DNA of 32,000 bases from an uncultured Lentisphaeria bacterium (GCA_951812855.1 OX638337.1:1110001-1142000), one strand, 5' to 3'. Counted from the first letter of the stretch, positions 10,601 to 19,120 are shown. Program-made: numbers and translations. The notes: generated from the sequence alone by a model not told the origin.

Positions 10601-10811
10601 TATGCGTAAAGATTTAAATCTCGATGTTACAGATAGAATATTGATAAACTATACAGGACCCATAATGATCCAAAAAGTAATCCATGAATTCAATTCATAC
10701 ATCATGGGTGAAACTCTGGCAACTTCTATTAATAAATCTGAGAAAAATGATCATATGGAGACATTTATGATTGACGATCATGAATGCTGTTTTGCAGTTG
10801 AAAAGTCTTAA
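7677..10811 (+). CDS. ileS: Isoleucine--tRNA ligase, type 2 (long, eukaryote-like form)
   Basis: The HIGH motif is PHYGHLLAG and the KMSKS motif is KMSKRLKN, with a long C-terminal extension typical of type-2 IleRS. I prefer ATG 7677 (MFKKAKSNVNFAELEKEILSFW...) over the track start 7620, whose 19 extra residues look non-coding. Confidence 0.93.
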   Translation: MFKKAKSNVNFAELEKEILSFWKTNDIFQLSLKQREGNEEFVFYDGPPFATGLPHYGHLLAGTIKDVVPRYQTMCGKYVDRVFGWDCHGLPVENEMEKELNITSKHEIEEYGVDKFNEACRGIVQRYTSEWETVVKRIGRWVDFENGYRTMDKSYMESIWWVFKQLWDKKLIYEGHKILPYCPRCATPLSNFEANQGYREVSDPSITIRFKLKDQENTYILAWTTTPWTLPSNLALALGKDIDYVMVQDGDEKYILAKDRLDVYYKKDSLPAIIKEYKGSELRDYRYKPLFPYFEELEDQGAFKIIIGDFVSTQDGTGIVHIAPGFGEDDALAGKRNNIPSVCPIDAECRFTEEIPEFKGQFVKKADHDIIDHLKRKSILVHKTKYLHNYPHCWRCESPLIYRAISTWFVNVESIKDQLLKCNEQISWMPAHIKNGRFGKWLSNAHDWAISRNRYWGCPLPIWKNEDSGETICVGSIAELKQLSKKEVNDIHKHFIDYIEIKSKSGAIFKRVPEVLDCWFESGSMPYAQKHYPFNNREWLDSHFPADFIAEGLDQTRGWFYTLVVIGGALFEKPPFKNVIVNGLILAEDGRKMSKRLKNYPAPDYIMDKYGADALRLCLLSSAVMRGEDLRFSEKTVKEIIRSVMLPMWNSYSFFVTYAAVDNWVPELTLEELQENLNNPLDHWIISQLYKLTAAVKLNMDEYNLQAAAICFAEFIDNLTNWYIRRSRRRFWKSQNDSDKNEAYHTLYFTLITFCKTTAPFIPFITESIYRNLKTPSMPESVHLADFPILPVTFSDKDLDGKMSRAIRAVSLGRYLRSQSGIRTRQPLSSVFLVSISRDVRDDLDSMKDVIAEELNVKNVVIDENEERLVNLSAKANFKKLGPELGKDMKHAASSITNLDHLEIDELREGKTIELSLANETIISITLDDIEICREEKAGFMAANESDITVALDFTLTETLKLEGFAREIVNRIQNMRKDLNLDVTDRILINYTGPIMIQKVIHEFNSYIMGETLATSINKSEKNDHMETFMIDDHECCFAVEKS

Positions 10812-10838
10812 ATATATATTCCCGCCTCTATGGGAAAA

Positions 10839-11678
10839 CTAAGGCAATTCAATATGTTGAATAATTTCATCACAAATGTTTGGCGATGCAAATATGACAT
10901 GATCACAAATTTTCCACCGTTGCGAATTGCAACTGTCCAGAATATAATTATTCGAATTTATTGCCGTACTGAATACTTCCCCGGAACCAACAGACTTTCC
11001 AATGATATTTAACTTCTTCAGCATTGGCAGTCCCCCGGCCAAATCCCATAGTTTCAGATTTGCTATATAAGCAAGGTATCGATTCATCAACAAGTATGCA
11101 AGAGGCATCACCGCACAACAAATAGTGTGTACCGGATTTTCAGCATGAAACCGACCTTTTTTTGACATATCCTGGGTAATGGCAATCAAACCTGTTGGCG
11201 AATATTTCCGGGTAAATTTATTTAATTTTATAAACTCGTGACTCTGAACATTTGGTCTGACATTTATCAAAAATACATCATTACCGCCTGAAATAAATAA
11301 TTCTCTTGTAACGGGTAGATAAACAGCACCCTGAATCAAGTCGGAATTTTCAGAATACCCTATTGAAATACCCCAATTTGGAAGATGATTTGCATATGAA
11401 ACAGTGCCATCAATCGGATCAACAATAAACATTTTGCCATTGAATGAATTCTGGATGTAGTCGTTCGATTTAGATTCAACAGTTTCCTCTCCAATTAAAA
11501 ACCGGCCAGATTCAGGTTTATCAAATACGCTTGCAAACAGGCTTTCAATTTCGCAATCAGCATTTGTAACAATACTGCCATCAGTTTTTACGCGAGATGA
11601 CGGATTATCGTAATAATAAAGAGCTATATTACCAGCCTCAATCAAAATATCTATAATTTCATTCTTATTCCACATCAT
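10839..11678 (-). CDS. Inositol-monophosphatase-family phosphatase (SuhB/CysQ-like)
   Basis: 279 aa. IMPase family motifs are present: FIVDPIDGTVSY (DPIDGT) and WDLAGG. It is convergent with ileS. Confidence 0.8.
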   Translation of the reverse strand: MMWNKNEIIDILIEAGNIALYYYDNPSSRVKTDGSIVTNADCEIESLFASVFDKPESGRFLIGEETVESKSNDYIQNSFNGKMFIVDPIDGTVSYANHLPNWGISIGYSENSDLIQGAVYLPVTRELFISGGNDVFLINVRPNVQSHEFIKLNKFTRKYSPTGLIAITQDMSKKGRFHAENPVHTICCAVMPLAYLLMNRYLAYIANLKLWDLAGGLPMLKKLNIIGKSVGSGEVFSTAINSNNYILDSCNSQRWKICDHVIFASPNICDEIIQHIELP

Positions 11679-11802
11679 TAAATCGAGAGTCGCGTAATTT
11701 TATAATAGTCAGAAACAGAAACTTAACCGGCACTGCAATTTTATCCTAATATATTAACCTATTGGAATTCAGCAATAAATAAATTACCCGGCTTCATATT
11801 AT

Positions 11803-12112
11803 ATGAAGACTATAGAAACTTCATTCAGATCTGCAATAATCTTTACCTGCATTCTGTTTTTTGGCTTATCATTTACATATTCTGTCAATACCAATACAAT
11901 TACTGTCCTGCCATTCCGAATTTAAAAGGGCAGAAAAATCCGGGGTATCGTTCTGCGATAATCTGACCATCATCGAAGGATAATATCTGGATATAGCAGA
12001 AACAGACTTCCAGCCTGTTAAAAAAGTCAAAGATATTGAATTAGACTTAAACTCGATCAATTATTTACTATACAAAAATAATATTGAACAACATATTATT
12101 TTTGAAATATAA
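11803..12112 (+). pseudogene. Possible frameshifted remnant of a secreted/lipoprotein gene with an LPFxN...FxDxLT N-terminal module
   Basis: ATG 11803 gives MKTIETSFRSAIIFTCILFFGLSFTYSVNTNTITVLPFRI, then a stop at 11923. Shifting +1 near 11918 continues as EFKRAEKSGVSFCDNLTIIEG(stop)YLDIAETDFQPVKKVKDIELDLNSINYLL... up to the stop at 12110-12112. The signal peptide plus LPF...FCDNLT resembles the common (V/I)LPFEN...YFADGLT module. This is a weak, hand-derived call. Confidence 0.25.
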
Positions 12113-12173
12113 AAATTTCTACAAAGTAGACCTTTTACGTTCTGCCTCTCACCCATTAAACGGAGAAATAAAA

Positions 12174-13811
12174 ATGCTAAAAAAATTCAATGATTTTAAA
12201 GTTCGATCCGGCCCTGTAGTACTTTGTATTATGGATGGTATTGCTGTGGGCCCGAAGTATAAAGGAAATGCCGTTGCAAATGCATATACACCAACCCTCC
12301 ATTGGTTAAAAGAGAATACTCTAAATTTACAGCTGAAGGCTCACGGTACAGCCGTTGGCATGCCCTCTGACAGTGATATGGGAAACAGTGAAGTTGGGCA
12401 TAATGCGATTGGAAGTGGTCGGGTGTTTGCCCAGGGAGCCAAACTGGTAAATAAAGCCATCGAATCAAAACAACTTTTCAGGCAGCCTGTCTGGAACAAA
12501 GCACTTCAAAATTGCCGAGAAAATGATTCTACACTTCATTTCATTGGTCTGCTGTCAGATGGTAATGTTCACAGCCATATCAATCATTTACGCAAAATGA
12601 TTGACGAAGCCAATAATCAAAATATTTCTAAAATTCGTGTCCACGCACTCCTTGATGGTCGGGATGTTGGTGAAACATCCGCATTGGAATACATCCAGCC
12701 ATTCGAAAAATTCCTTTCAATGTTTAACGGGAGTGGAAAAGATTATCGCATTGCCTCAGGTGGTGGCCGTATGAAAATTACAATGGACCGATATAATGCG
12801 GATTGGAATATGGTCAAATTAGGCTGGGACACCCATGTATTGGGGAAAGGAAGACAATTTAACAGTGCTGCGGACGCTATTTTAGCTTATCGTAAAGAAT
12901 TTGAAGTAACAGATCAGGATTTACCTCCATTCGTAATTGCAGAAAATGATAAACCCATTGGAACAATTAATGATCAGGATTCAGTGATTCTTTTTAACTT
13001 TCGAGGCGATAGAGCGATTGAATTATGCAATGTATTTGAAAATGAAACCTTCGATAAATTTGACCGAGTGAAAGTGCCGAATGTCTATTTTGCCGCAATG
13101 ATGGAATACGATGCCGATCAAAAAATACCCAAAAACTTTCTTGTGAACCCACCAGAGTTAGACAAGACTATTGGTGAATATATTGCAAACACCGGAATCC
13201 GCCAATATGCAATAAGTGAGACTCAAAAATTCGGGCACGTAACCTATTTTTTTAATGGCAACCGAACAGGTAAATTTAATGATCGGCTGGAGGATTATGA
13301 TGAAATTAGCTCTGACAATGTGCCATTCGAAGAACGGCCATGGATGAAAGCTGCAGAAATTACGGATAAAGTCTTGCATGCGATAGAATCCCCAAAATAC
13401 AAATTTATCCGCTTGAATTATCCAAACGGCGACATGATTGGACATACAGGCAACTATTTAGCCGCCGTTATATCAGTAGAAACTGTAGACCTGCAAGTGG
13501 CAAGGTTGGTGAAGGCGATTAAGAAAAATAACGGCATACTAATTGTAACCGCAGACCATGGGAATGCTGATGAAATGTATGAACGGGATAAAAAAACTGG
13601 AGAATTGAAATTGGAAAATGGCAGTCCCAAGTCTAAAACCTGTCATACTTTAAATCCGGTGCCATGTTATATTTATGACCCGAACTTTAATGACGACTAT
13701 GCATTGAATTCAGAAACTGAATTGGGGATAAGCAGTCTCGCTGCTACCTGTTTGAATTTTCTTGGTTACAAAGCACCGGATTGTTATGACCCATCAATTG
13801 TCAAATCTTAA
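12174..13811 (+). CDS. gpmI: 2,3-bisphosphoglycerate-independent phosphoglycerate mutase (long form)
   Basis: iPGM motifs are present: LCIMDG, SDMGNSEVGHNAIGSGR and VTADHGNAD. I prefer ATG 12174, which has GGAG 8 nt upstream (MLKKFNDFKVRSGPVVL...), over the track TTG start at 12084. Confidence 0.9.
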   Translation: MLKKFNDFKVRSGPVVLCIMDGIAVGPKYKGNAVANAYTPTLHWLKENTLNLQLKAHGTAVGMPSDSDMGNSEVGHNAIGSGRVFAQGAKLVNKAIESKQLFRQPVWNKALQNCRENDSTLHFIGLLSDGNVHSHINHLRKMIDEANNQNISKIRVHALLDGRDVGETSALEYIQPFEKFLSMFNGSGKDYRIASGGGRMKITMDRYNADWNMVKLGWDTHVLGKGRQFNSAADAILAYRKEFEVTDQDLPPFVIAENDKPIGTINDQDSVILFNFRGDRAIELCNVFENETFDKFDRVKVPNVYFAAMMEYDADQKIPKNFLVNPPELDKTIGEYIANTGIRQYAISETQKFGHVTYFFNGNRTGKFNDRLEDYDEISSDNVPFEERPWMKAAEITDKVLHAIESPKYKFIRLNYPNGDMIGHTGNYLAAVISVETVDLQVARLVKAIKKNNGILIVTADHGNADEMYERDKKTGELKLENGSPKSKTCHTLNPVPCYIYDPNFNDDYALNSETELGISSLAATCLNFLGYKAPDCYDPSIVKS

Positions 13812-13903
13812 AACCTTATCTGCCAGTGGCCTTAATAAGTTCAAGTACCAATTAATACCCCTTAGTGATTCACACGGAAATATTAAAATCAATTAATTTA
13901 GAT

Positions 13904-14213
13904 ATGGGAAATTGTCCCTTTATTCAGGTTCCTTTGATAAGCGGTGGTATGGTCATTGCACATATCGCACTTGCTCATGCATTGCCCGCTCACTATTCCG
14001 TCGGCACTGGCATACGTCTTTATGGTTTAGAAAAAGCAGATCAAAATCAGAAAAACAAAGGTATACAGACAGCACGTAATTTATTGAGTATATCGATTAT
14101 TTACATAAATTTTGTCATTGGAGCCCTTGCCCGGAGTGGGTATATGGTTTAGCATTTCTATATTTTCTGCAGAAGCGACTCAGTATCTAATTCAGAAGTT
14201 TGTATGGCTCTGA
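13904..14213 (+). pseudogene. Cytochrome bd-type quinol oxidase subunit I-like (CydA-like) gene remnant
   Basis: MGNCPFIQVPLISGGMVIAHIALAHALPAHYSVGTGIRLYGLEKA...SISIIYINFVIGALARSGYMV, then a stop at 14150. In the +1 frame it continues as FSISIFSAEATQYLIQKFVWL, then a stop at 14211. The pattern (His-rich TM1 ...H..AHY.VG.G..., TM2 ...G..G.W/F, then ...PEATS.LI..FVW) recalls the N-terminus of CydA-like proteins. The remaining ~350 aa are absent, since 14214-14483 has no coherent frame. Confidence 0.35.
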
Positions 14214-14483
14214 GGGGGGATGAACATTTTTTGCAAGATGGAATTTGGTAATTTATATAATCTCTTATAAGGTAATACCACCTGAAATGCTTACGTACCC
14301 TGAATTCATTCATACACAGAGTTATAAAATCATGCATCCTGATCAAGATTATGATGTTATGTGTTAAAAAGTATTACATACCGGGATCTGTGGTTTTTAT
14401 CAAACACATACTTTTTTTAGTTAGCTGGTAGTAAAAATACTTATAAAAAAATTTTAGCACAACTGTTTAATAATTGAGAACCA

Positions 14484-15701
14484 ATGAATCAAAATCAGAA
14501 ACCTGGCACAATTGAATACACAAAAGAAACACATGATCTTGAAATCAAAGATGCACAGTTAATTTTTCAACAGGTATGGCAAGATTTAATCGCTAAATTC
14601 AAGAAAGAAAATCTCCGGTTCCCGCGAGAAATTATCTGGTTGGGCGGAGCCCCCGGTGCGGGTAAAGGAACCAACACCCCTTATATCATCGAAACAAGAG
14701 GAATAAGTGCTGCACCAATTGTCATCAGCTCACTGCTGAATAACCCGGAAGCAGAGAAAATTAAGAATGCAGGGGGCATGGTTGGTGATAAAGAAGTTGT
14801 TACCTTACTGCTGTTTGAACTGTTAAACCCGATTTATGAATCTGGTGTTGTCGTTGATGGATTCCCTCGAACAAAAGTCCAGGTTGAATGCCTAAAACTA
14901 TTTTTTGAAACAATGTTAAAGTTGAGAGAAGAATTCGAAACCTTAACTCTAAGTAAATGTTTTATACCATCTCGATTTCATCTTGTACTCTTATTCATTG
15001 ACGAAAAGAAAAGCGTGGAACGGCAGTTTAGCCGAGGATGTAAGGTTAAGGAGCACAATAAAAAAGTTCAGGATTCTGGCGTAGGAACACTTTTAGAAGA
15101 ACGATCTACAGATTATTCTGAAGGAAAAGCAAGAAAACGATATAAAGTGTTCAAAGAAACAACTTATGAAGCGTTAAAATCTTTGAGGGAAATTTATCAT
15201 TACCACTTTATTGACGCATCAGGCTCTCCGGAGATGGTACAAGAAAATATATCCCGTGAATTTCAGTATCAGAGTTCTCTGGAATTAGCACCATCGATTT
15301 ATGATCGGATACGTAATATTCCACTCGCCAGCCAAGTAATTCTGCATGCAAGACAAAACTTAATAAAACGCCTTGAAGACTATCAGAACGACTACACTGA
15401 ACTGTTTGGTGTTATAATAAAACTAATCGAGAATGAATTTATTCCTATCATAAAACGGCATGCGATTTCAGGTTTAGCAATTATTAACACGAATAATAAT
15501 GTTTTTAATGATAAGACAGCTCTTGATATATTAATAGACATTCTAATTGAAAGGGGCTACCAAGTCGCAATTGATACGACAACAGTTCATATTCCGGAAA
15601 AAATTAATCCGGTTACCAATTCAATTCAATGTTTAGAATTATTATCGCATAGAATCGAAGTAAAATTTACAGCATGTCAAATCAGAAGGGGAATAAGCTG
15701 A
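14484..15701 (+). CDS. Adenylate-kinase-fold NMP kinase-like protein with N- and C-terminal extensions
   Basis: 405 aa. The P-loop is GGAPGAGKGT, and the AK core motif VVVDGFPRT(x)VQ is present. A LID-like region reads ERQFSRG...EERSTDYSEGKARKRYKVFKETT (compare GR.DD..E....RL..Y...T in adenylate kinases). About 45 aa at the N-terminus and about 140 aa at the C-terminus have no motif I recognise. The stop lies 6 nt before def. Confidence 0.6.
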   Translation: MNQNQKPGTIEYTKETHDLEIKDAQLIFQQVWQDLIAKFKKENLRFPREIIWLGGAPGAGKGTNTPYIIETRGISAAPIVISSLLNNPEAEKIKNAGGMVGDKEVVTLLLFELLNPIYESGVVVDGFPRTKVQVECLKLFFETMLKLREEFETLTLSKCFIPSRFHLVLLFIDEKKSVERQFSRGCKVKEHNKKVQDSGVGTLLEERSTDYSEGKARKRYKVFKETTYEALKSLREIYHYHFIDASGSPEMVQENISREFQYQSSLELAPSIYDRIRNIPLASQVILHARQNLIKRLEDYQNDYTELFGVIIKLIENEFIPIIKRHAISGLAIINTNNNVFNDKTALDILIDILIERGYQVAIDTTTVHIPEKINPVTNSIQCLELLSHRIEVKFTACQIRRGIS

Positions 15702-15707
15702 TTAAGA

Positions 15708-16289
15708 ATGGGACAAATACCTGCACAGACAAATAAATTAACGCTTTGTTATTATGGTCATCGAGCATTACGAAAAAAAAGTTGTGATGTTTGTGAAATT
15801 ACCAATGATATTCAGAGACTGGCCCAAAATATGATTGAAACTATGCATGCGGAAGGTGGTATCGGTTTGGCTGCACCTCAAGTAGGTATAAATATCAATC
15901 TAGTTGTAATAGACATACCCGGTTCAAGCCAACCCGATAATCCAGATTTACCTTCAACCTCACCGGGCGAAATTAATTTATTGCCGTTGATGCCATTGAT
16001 ATTGATAAACCCAAAATTATCCAACTTTTCTGAAACAAAAACTGAATATGTCGAAGGTTGTTTAAGTATCCCCGGTATAAAAAGCAAGGTGTATAGACCT
16101 GAGTTCCATGATTTAGAGGCAACATTAATCAATGGGAAGACGATTTCTTACCGATGCGGTGGGTTATTGGCAAGATGCCTCCAGCATGAACATGACCATC
16201 TTGAAGGTATTTTATTTTTAGATTTATTATCTAAACCCAAACAAAAATCTTTAGACGGACAACTTAAAAAACTAAAATTCAATGATTGA
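15708..16289 (+). CDS. def: Peptide deformylase
   Basis: All three PDF motifs are present: GIGLAAPQVG, EGCLSIPG and QHEHDHLEG. Confidence 0.92.
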   Translation: MGQIPAQTNKLTLCYYGHRALRKKSCDVCEITNDIQRLAQNMIETMHAEGGIGLAAPQVGININLVVIDIPGSSQPDNPDLPSTSPGEINLLPLMPLILINPKLSNFSETKTEYVEGCLSIPGIKSKVYRPEFHDLEATLINGKTISYRCGGLLARCLQHEHDHLEGILFLDLLSKPKQKSLDGQLKKLKFND

Positions 16290-16471
16290 ATTAGAAACTT
16301 ATGAATCAGCATTCTTAATAAGCTTAAAATCAGCCCCAACGAAAAAAATAGTTGAAAATCTGGAATAGCAGAGTTGAGCATCTACGTATACAAATGCAGA
16401 GTACGAAAAGAATTGAGAGCTGAAATTAAACGTTTAAACCAGTATTTAAGTTAATAACGATTTTATTCAAT

Positions 16472-19120
16472 CTACCTCCTAAAATCAGGAAGCCCCCGAA
16501 TGTCTGCTGTCCGAATTGGAAGTCCGGCAGGATTCACTAATCTTGCAGTTACAAAAATTAAGAGATTTGTTTTTCGGCTGTTTTCAGATTTGTTTTTGAA
16601 CAATCGGCCAAATACCGGTATATCTGCAAGATAAGGTATTTTATCATCACGGCTGACAATATTTTCTTTAATCATTCCACCTAAAACAACAGTTTCACCG
16701 TCCCATACGATAACACGTGTTTGAATCAGCCTTCTTGAGACAATTGGTCTCTCTACTTTGACTTCTATTGTGTCACCACCGAGTTCAACATTATAGTTAT
16801 AAGAATCATTTATGTTTTTATCAGCTTCTACAACCTGAGGTTCTAAATCTAATTCGATTGAATAACCGTCAGATGCGACAGTTGGGGTAACCGTCAAAAT
16901 TACACCAACTTCAGTTGCTTCACCAAACTCAGGGGTGGACGGTTTAATTGTCGCCCCTGCTGCATTATCCTGACCTCCTGTTGCAGCCTGGAGTTCTGGC
17001 TCAGTATATGATTCAGGAAAATAATGTTCCTCAATTACTTTAATTACTGCAGTTTCCCCACTTACTGTGGTGATTTTTGGTGCCGATAAAACTTCGGTGC
17101 TGTCTTTTTGCTCCAATGCATGGATGATCGTATCAAACATTAGATCACCAATAATACTGTTTACAGCTAACAGCTCGTCATTACCCAGGAATCTCAGACC
17201 TTTTGATATATTCTGCGGACTCGTATCAGATTGATTTCCAATCGGCTTAAAAGCAAAATTATTACTCAGTTTAAAATCTGGTCCACCTTGACCGTCAAAT
17301 GTTAATACATCGGGATTATTTCGATTTTTTATAACTTCTCCCTTAAATGCCCATTCAAATCCTAACTCTTCTAAATCATTTTGTGCTATCTCTATAAATT
17401 TTGCCTCGATTGTCACCTGGGCTGGCTGTATATTTAATTCAACTAATACCTTTTCGACTTTTCTAAGGTTTCCAGGTGTATTTGTGACAATTAGCTTACT
17501 TGTCCTTTGGTCAAAGGTAATTTTCGCTCCTGCCGGAAATTCAACGCCATATCCTTCAAATAATTTTTTTGGATCAATCAGTGCCTTTTTGCTTGAAGCA
17601 TCGACTCCCTCAAGTCCTCCTTTTGATTCGATCGTTGCTGTTGCCTTTAGAAAACCCGCTTCAATAGGATAAAAACGAGTTTCAAGTTCATCAAACGGGA
17701 TGTCTTGCGATGCAATTATGATTGCATGAGTTTCAACTTTATATTTTAGCCCGGCACCCTGGCAAATATACCGAATTGTTTCCCCCAATGGAATATTATC
17801 AAAATCCATTGTAATTGTAATCTCACCACCAGATGATGACGTGTCACCTTCGTCTTCAGACTCCCCCTCCTCATGTGAATCTTCAAAATCTTCAAAATCT
17901 TCAAATTCGAGTTCATCTCCCTCATTTTCTTCAACTTCTTCTTCAGGCGTTTGACCAGTGGTACCAACTGACAATTGTAAAAATATGTTGACTCCTTCTC
18001 CGTCAGGATCTAACTCTCTGCTCCGGCTTTTCAAATATTTAATAACCGAATGAATCCCTGCTTCCTCAAAAATAATTTTTGGAATAATAATATTTTCTAA
18101 CTTCGACCAAATCCCTTCACCGGCACGTAACATTTTCCTGATTGGTTGAGAACTGTCAACGATAACCTCCGGGCTTACTAAGGGAGCAACTGGATCATTC
18201 CATTTCCATTTTACCTCCGCCATACGATCTGCAACCATTACTTTATGTCTTTCAGCAGCCGCATCAATTAATTTTTCATTTATACGTTTTAAAAACTGAG
18301 TTGCTGATATGTTATAAGGATCTTTCAAAATAACTTGTTCAAATATTTCACGAGCGTCAGAATATCGCTTATTGTTAAAATAAACTCTTCCTTGTGCTAA
18401 TTTTATCTCAATGTTGGTATCCCGGGTTGGTTTTTCAGGATCAACATTTTTTGCAGATGTCCGTTCTTTGAATTCAGCCTGTTTAATCGAATTTCTAAGA
18501 CTTGTAATTTTTTTATAAATTTCCTTTTTCCTGCCTGGATCTTTTTCTATAACTTTCTGATATTTTTCAATTGCATCTTCAAAGTGGTCTGGTTTTACGA
18601 GTACTCTTGCATCTTTTGCGGTTCGTTCAGCCCATTCTTCGTAAGTAAAAGCTAATAGCTGATCTATCAGCTTTTGTTTTTTGACTACGCGTTCTTGCGA
18701 TCGTGATACTTCTGTAAGTCTTACCTGGGCTGATATGAACTCTCTTACAGCAGTTTCATAATCACCTTGAATAAATGATTTCCGGCCGTCCATGTATAGT
18801 TGATCTGCTTCAAGCTCTTTTTTTTTACGTCTGACAATTTCATTTTCATCTATTTCCTGAAGTGAATCCGAAGATATTGAAGGAGTGGGTGTTTCTGCAT
18901 CGATAATATTAGAATCATGCATCATTTCAGACCTTCCGGGTATCAATTGGGGATCATCTTCTATCTCAAGGCCTTCTGCTTCTTCAAATCCATCTTCGAT
19001 TTCTTCTTCATCACCGGCGTATGCAAGATTTACAGTGATAGAATTTAATAAAGAAAATGATACAGCCGCACAAATAAGGACAAAGATCAAAGTTCGAAAC
19101 TTTGATACTAAATTTTTCAT
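16472..19120 (-). CDS. Secretin (GspD/PilQ superfamily) with a long TPR-like N-terminal extension and an acidic linker; Amuc_1098-like
   Basis: The C-terminal secretin domain reads LSAPKITTVSGETAVIKV ... RVIVWDGETVVLGGMI...DKIPYLADIPVFGRLFKNKSENSRKTNLLIFVTARLV. Upstream are N0/N1-like modules (ITITMDFDNIPLGETIRYICQGAGLKYKV; TSKLIVTNTPGNLRKVEKVLVELNIQPAQVTIEAKFIEI). I prefer ATG 19120 (MKNLVSKFRTLIFVLICAAVSFSLL..AYA signal peptide), preceded by AAGGGAGGA, over the track start 19165. Confidence 0.88.
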   Translation of the reverse strand: MKNLVSKFRTLIFVLICAAVSFSLLNSITVNLAYAGDEEEIEDGFEEAEGLEIEDDPQLIPGRSEMMHDSNIIDAETPTPSISSDSLQEIDENEIVRRKKKELEADQLYMDGRKSFIQGDYETAVREFISAQVRLTEVSRSQERVVKKQKLIDQLLAFTYEEWAERTAKDARVLVKPDHFEDAIEKYQKVIEKDPGRKKEIYKKITSLRNSIKQAEFKERTSAKNVDPEKPTRDTNIEIKLAQGRVYFNNKRYSDAREIFEQVILKDPYNISATQFLKRINEKLIDAAAERHKVMVADRMAEVKWKWNDPVAPLVSPEVIVDSSQPIRKMLRAGEGIWSKLENIIIPKIIFEEAGIHSVIKYLKSRSRELDPDGEGVNIFLQLSVGTTGQTPEEEVEENEGDELEFEDFEDFEDSHEEGESEDEGDTSSSGGEITITMDFDNIPLGETIRYICQGAGLKYKVETHAIIIASQDIPFDELETRFYPIEAGFLKATATIESKGGLEGVDASSKKALIDPKKLFEGYGVEFPAGAKITFDQRTSKLIVTNTPGNLRKVEKVLVELNIQPAQVTIEAKFIEIAQNDLEELGFEWAFKGEVIKNRNNPDVLTFDGQGGPDFKLSNNFAFKPIGNQSDTSPQNISKGLRFLGNDELLAVNSIIGDLMFDTIIHALEQKDSTEVLSAPKITTVSGETAVIKVIEEHYFPESYTEPELQAATGGQDNAAGATIKPSTPEFGEATEVGVILTVTPTVASDGYSIELDLEPQVVEADKNINDSYNYNVELGGDTIEVKVERPIVSRRLIQTRVIVWDGETVVLGGMIKENIVSRDDKIPYLADIPVFGRLFKNKSENSRKTNLLIFVTARLVNPAGLPIRTADIRGLPDFRR
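17879..17905. repeat. Perfect 9-bp tandem repeat x3 (ATCTTCAAA) inside the secretin acidic linker
   Basis: Read directly from the sequence: atcttcaaa atcttcaaa atcttcaaa. On the coding (minus) strand it is in frame and encodes FEDFEDFED within EEEVEENEGDELEFEDFEDFEDSHEEGESEDEGD. Confidence 0.9.

Noticed and set aside
16290-16471. Search for a bidirectional terminator between the convergent def and secretin genes
   Set aside because: I found only short AT palindromes (e.g. TTAAACGTTTAA, TAAGCTTA), and no GC-rich stem with a U-tract.
18818-18826. Homopolymer tracts inside operon genes as phase-variation switches: T9 at 18818-18826 in the secretin, T8 at 23079-23086, and A8 at 15773-15780 in def
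   Set aside because: Runs of 8-9 A/T encoding Lys are expected by chance in a genome this AT-rich. There is no evidence of length heterogeneity from a single sequence.
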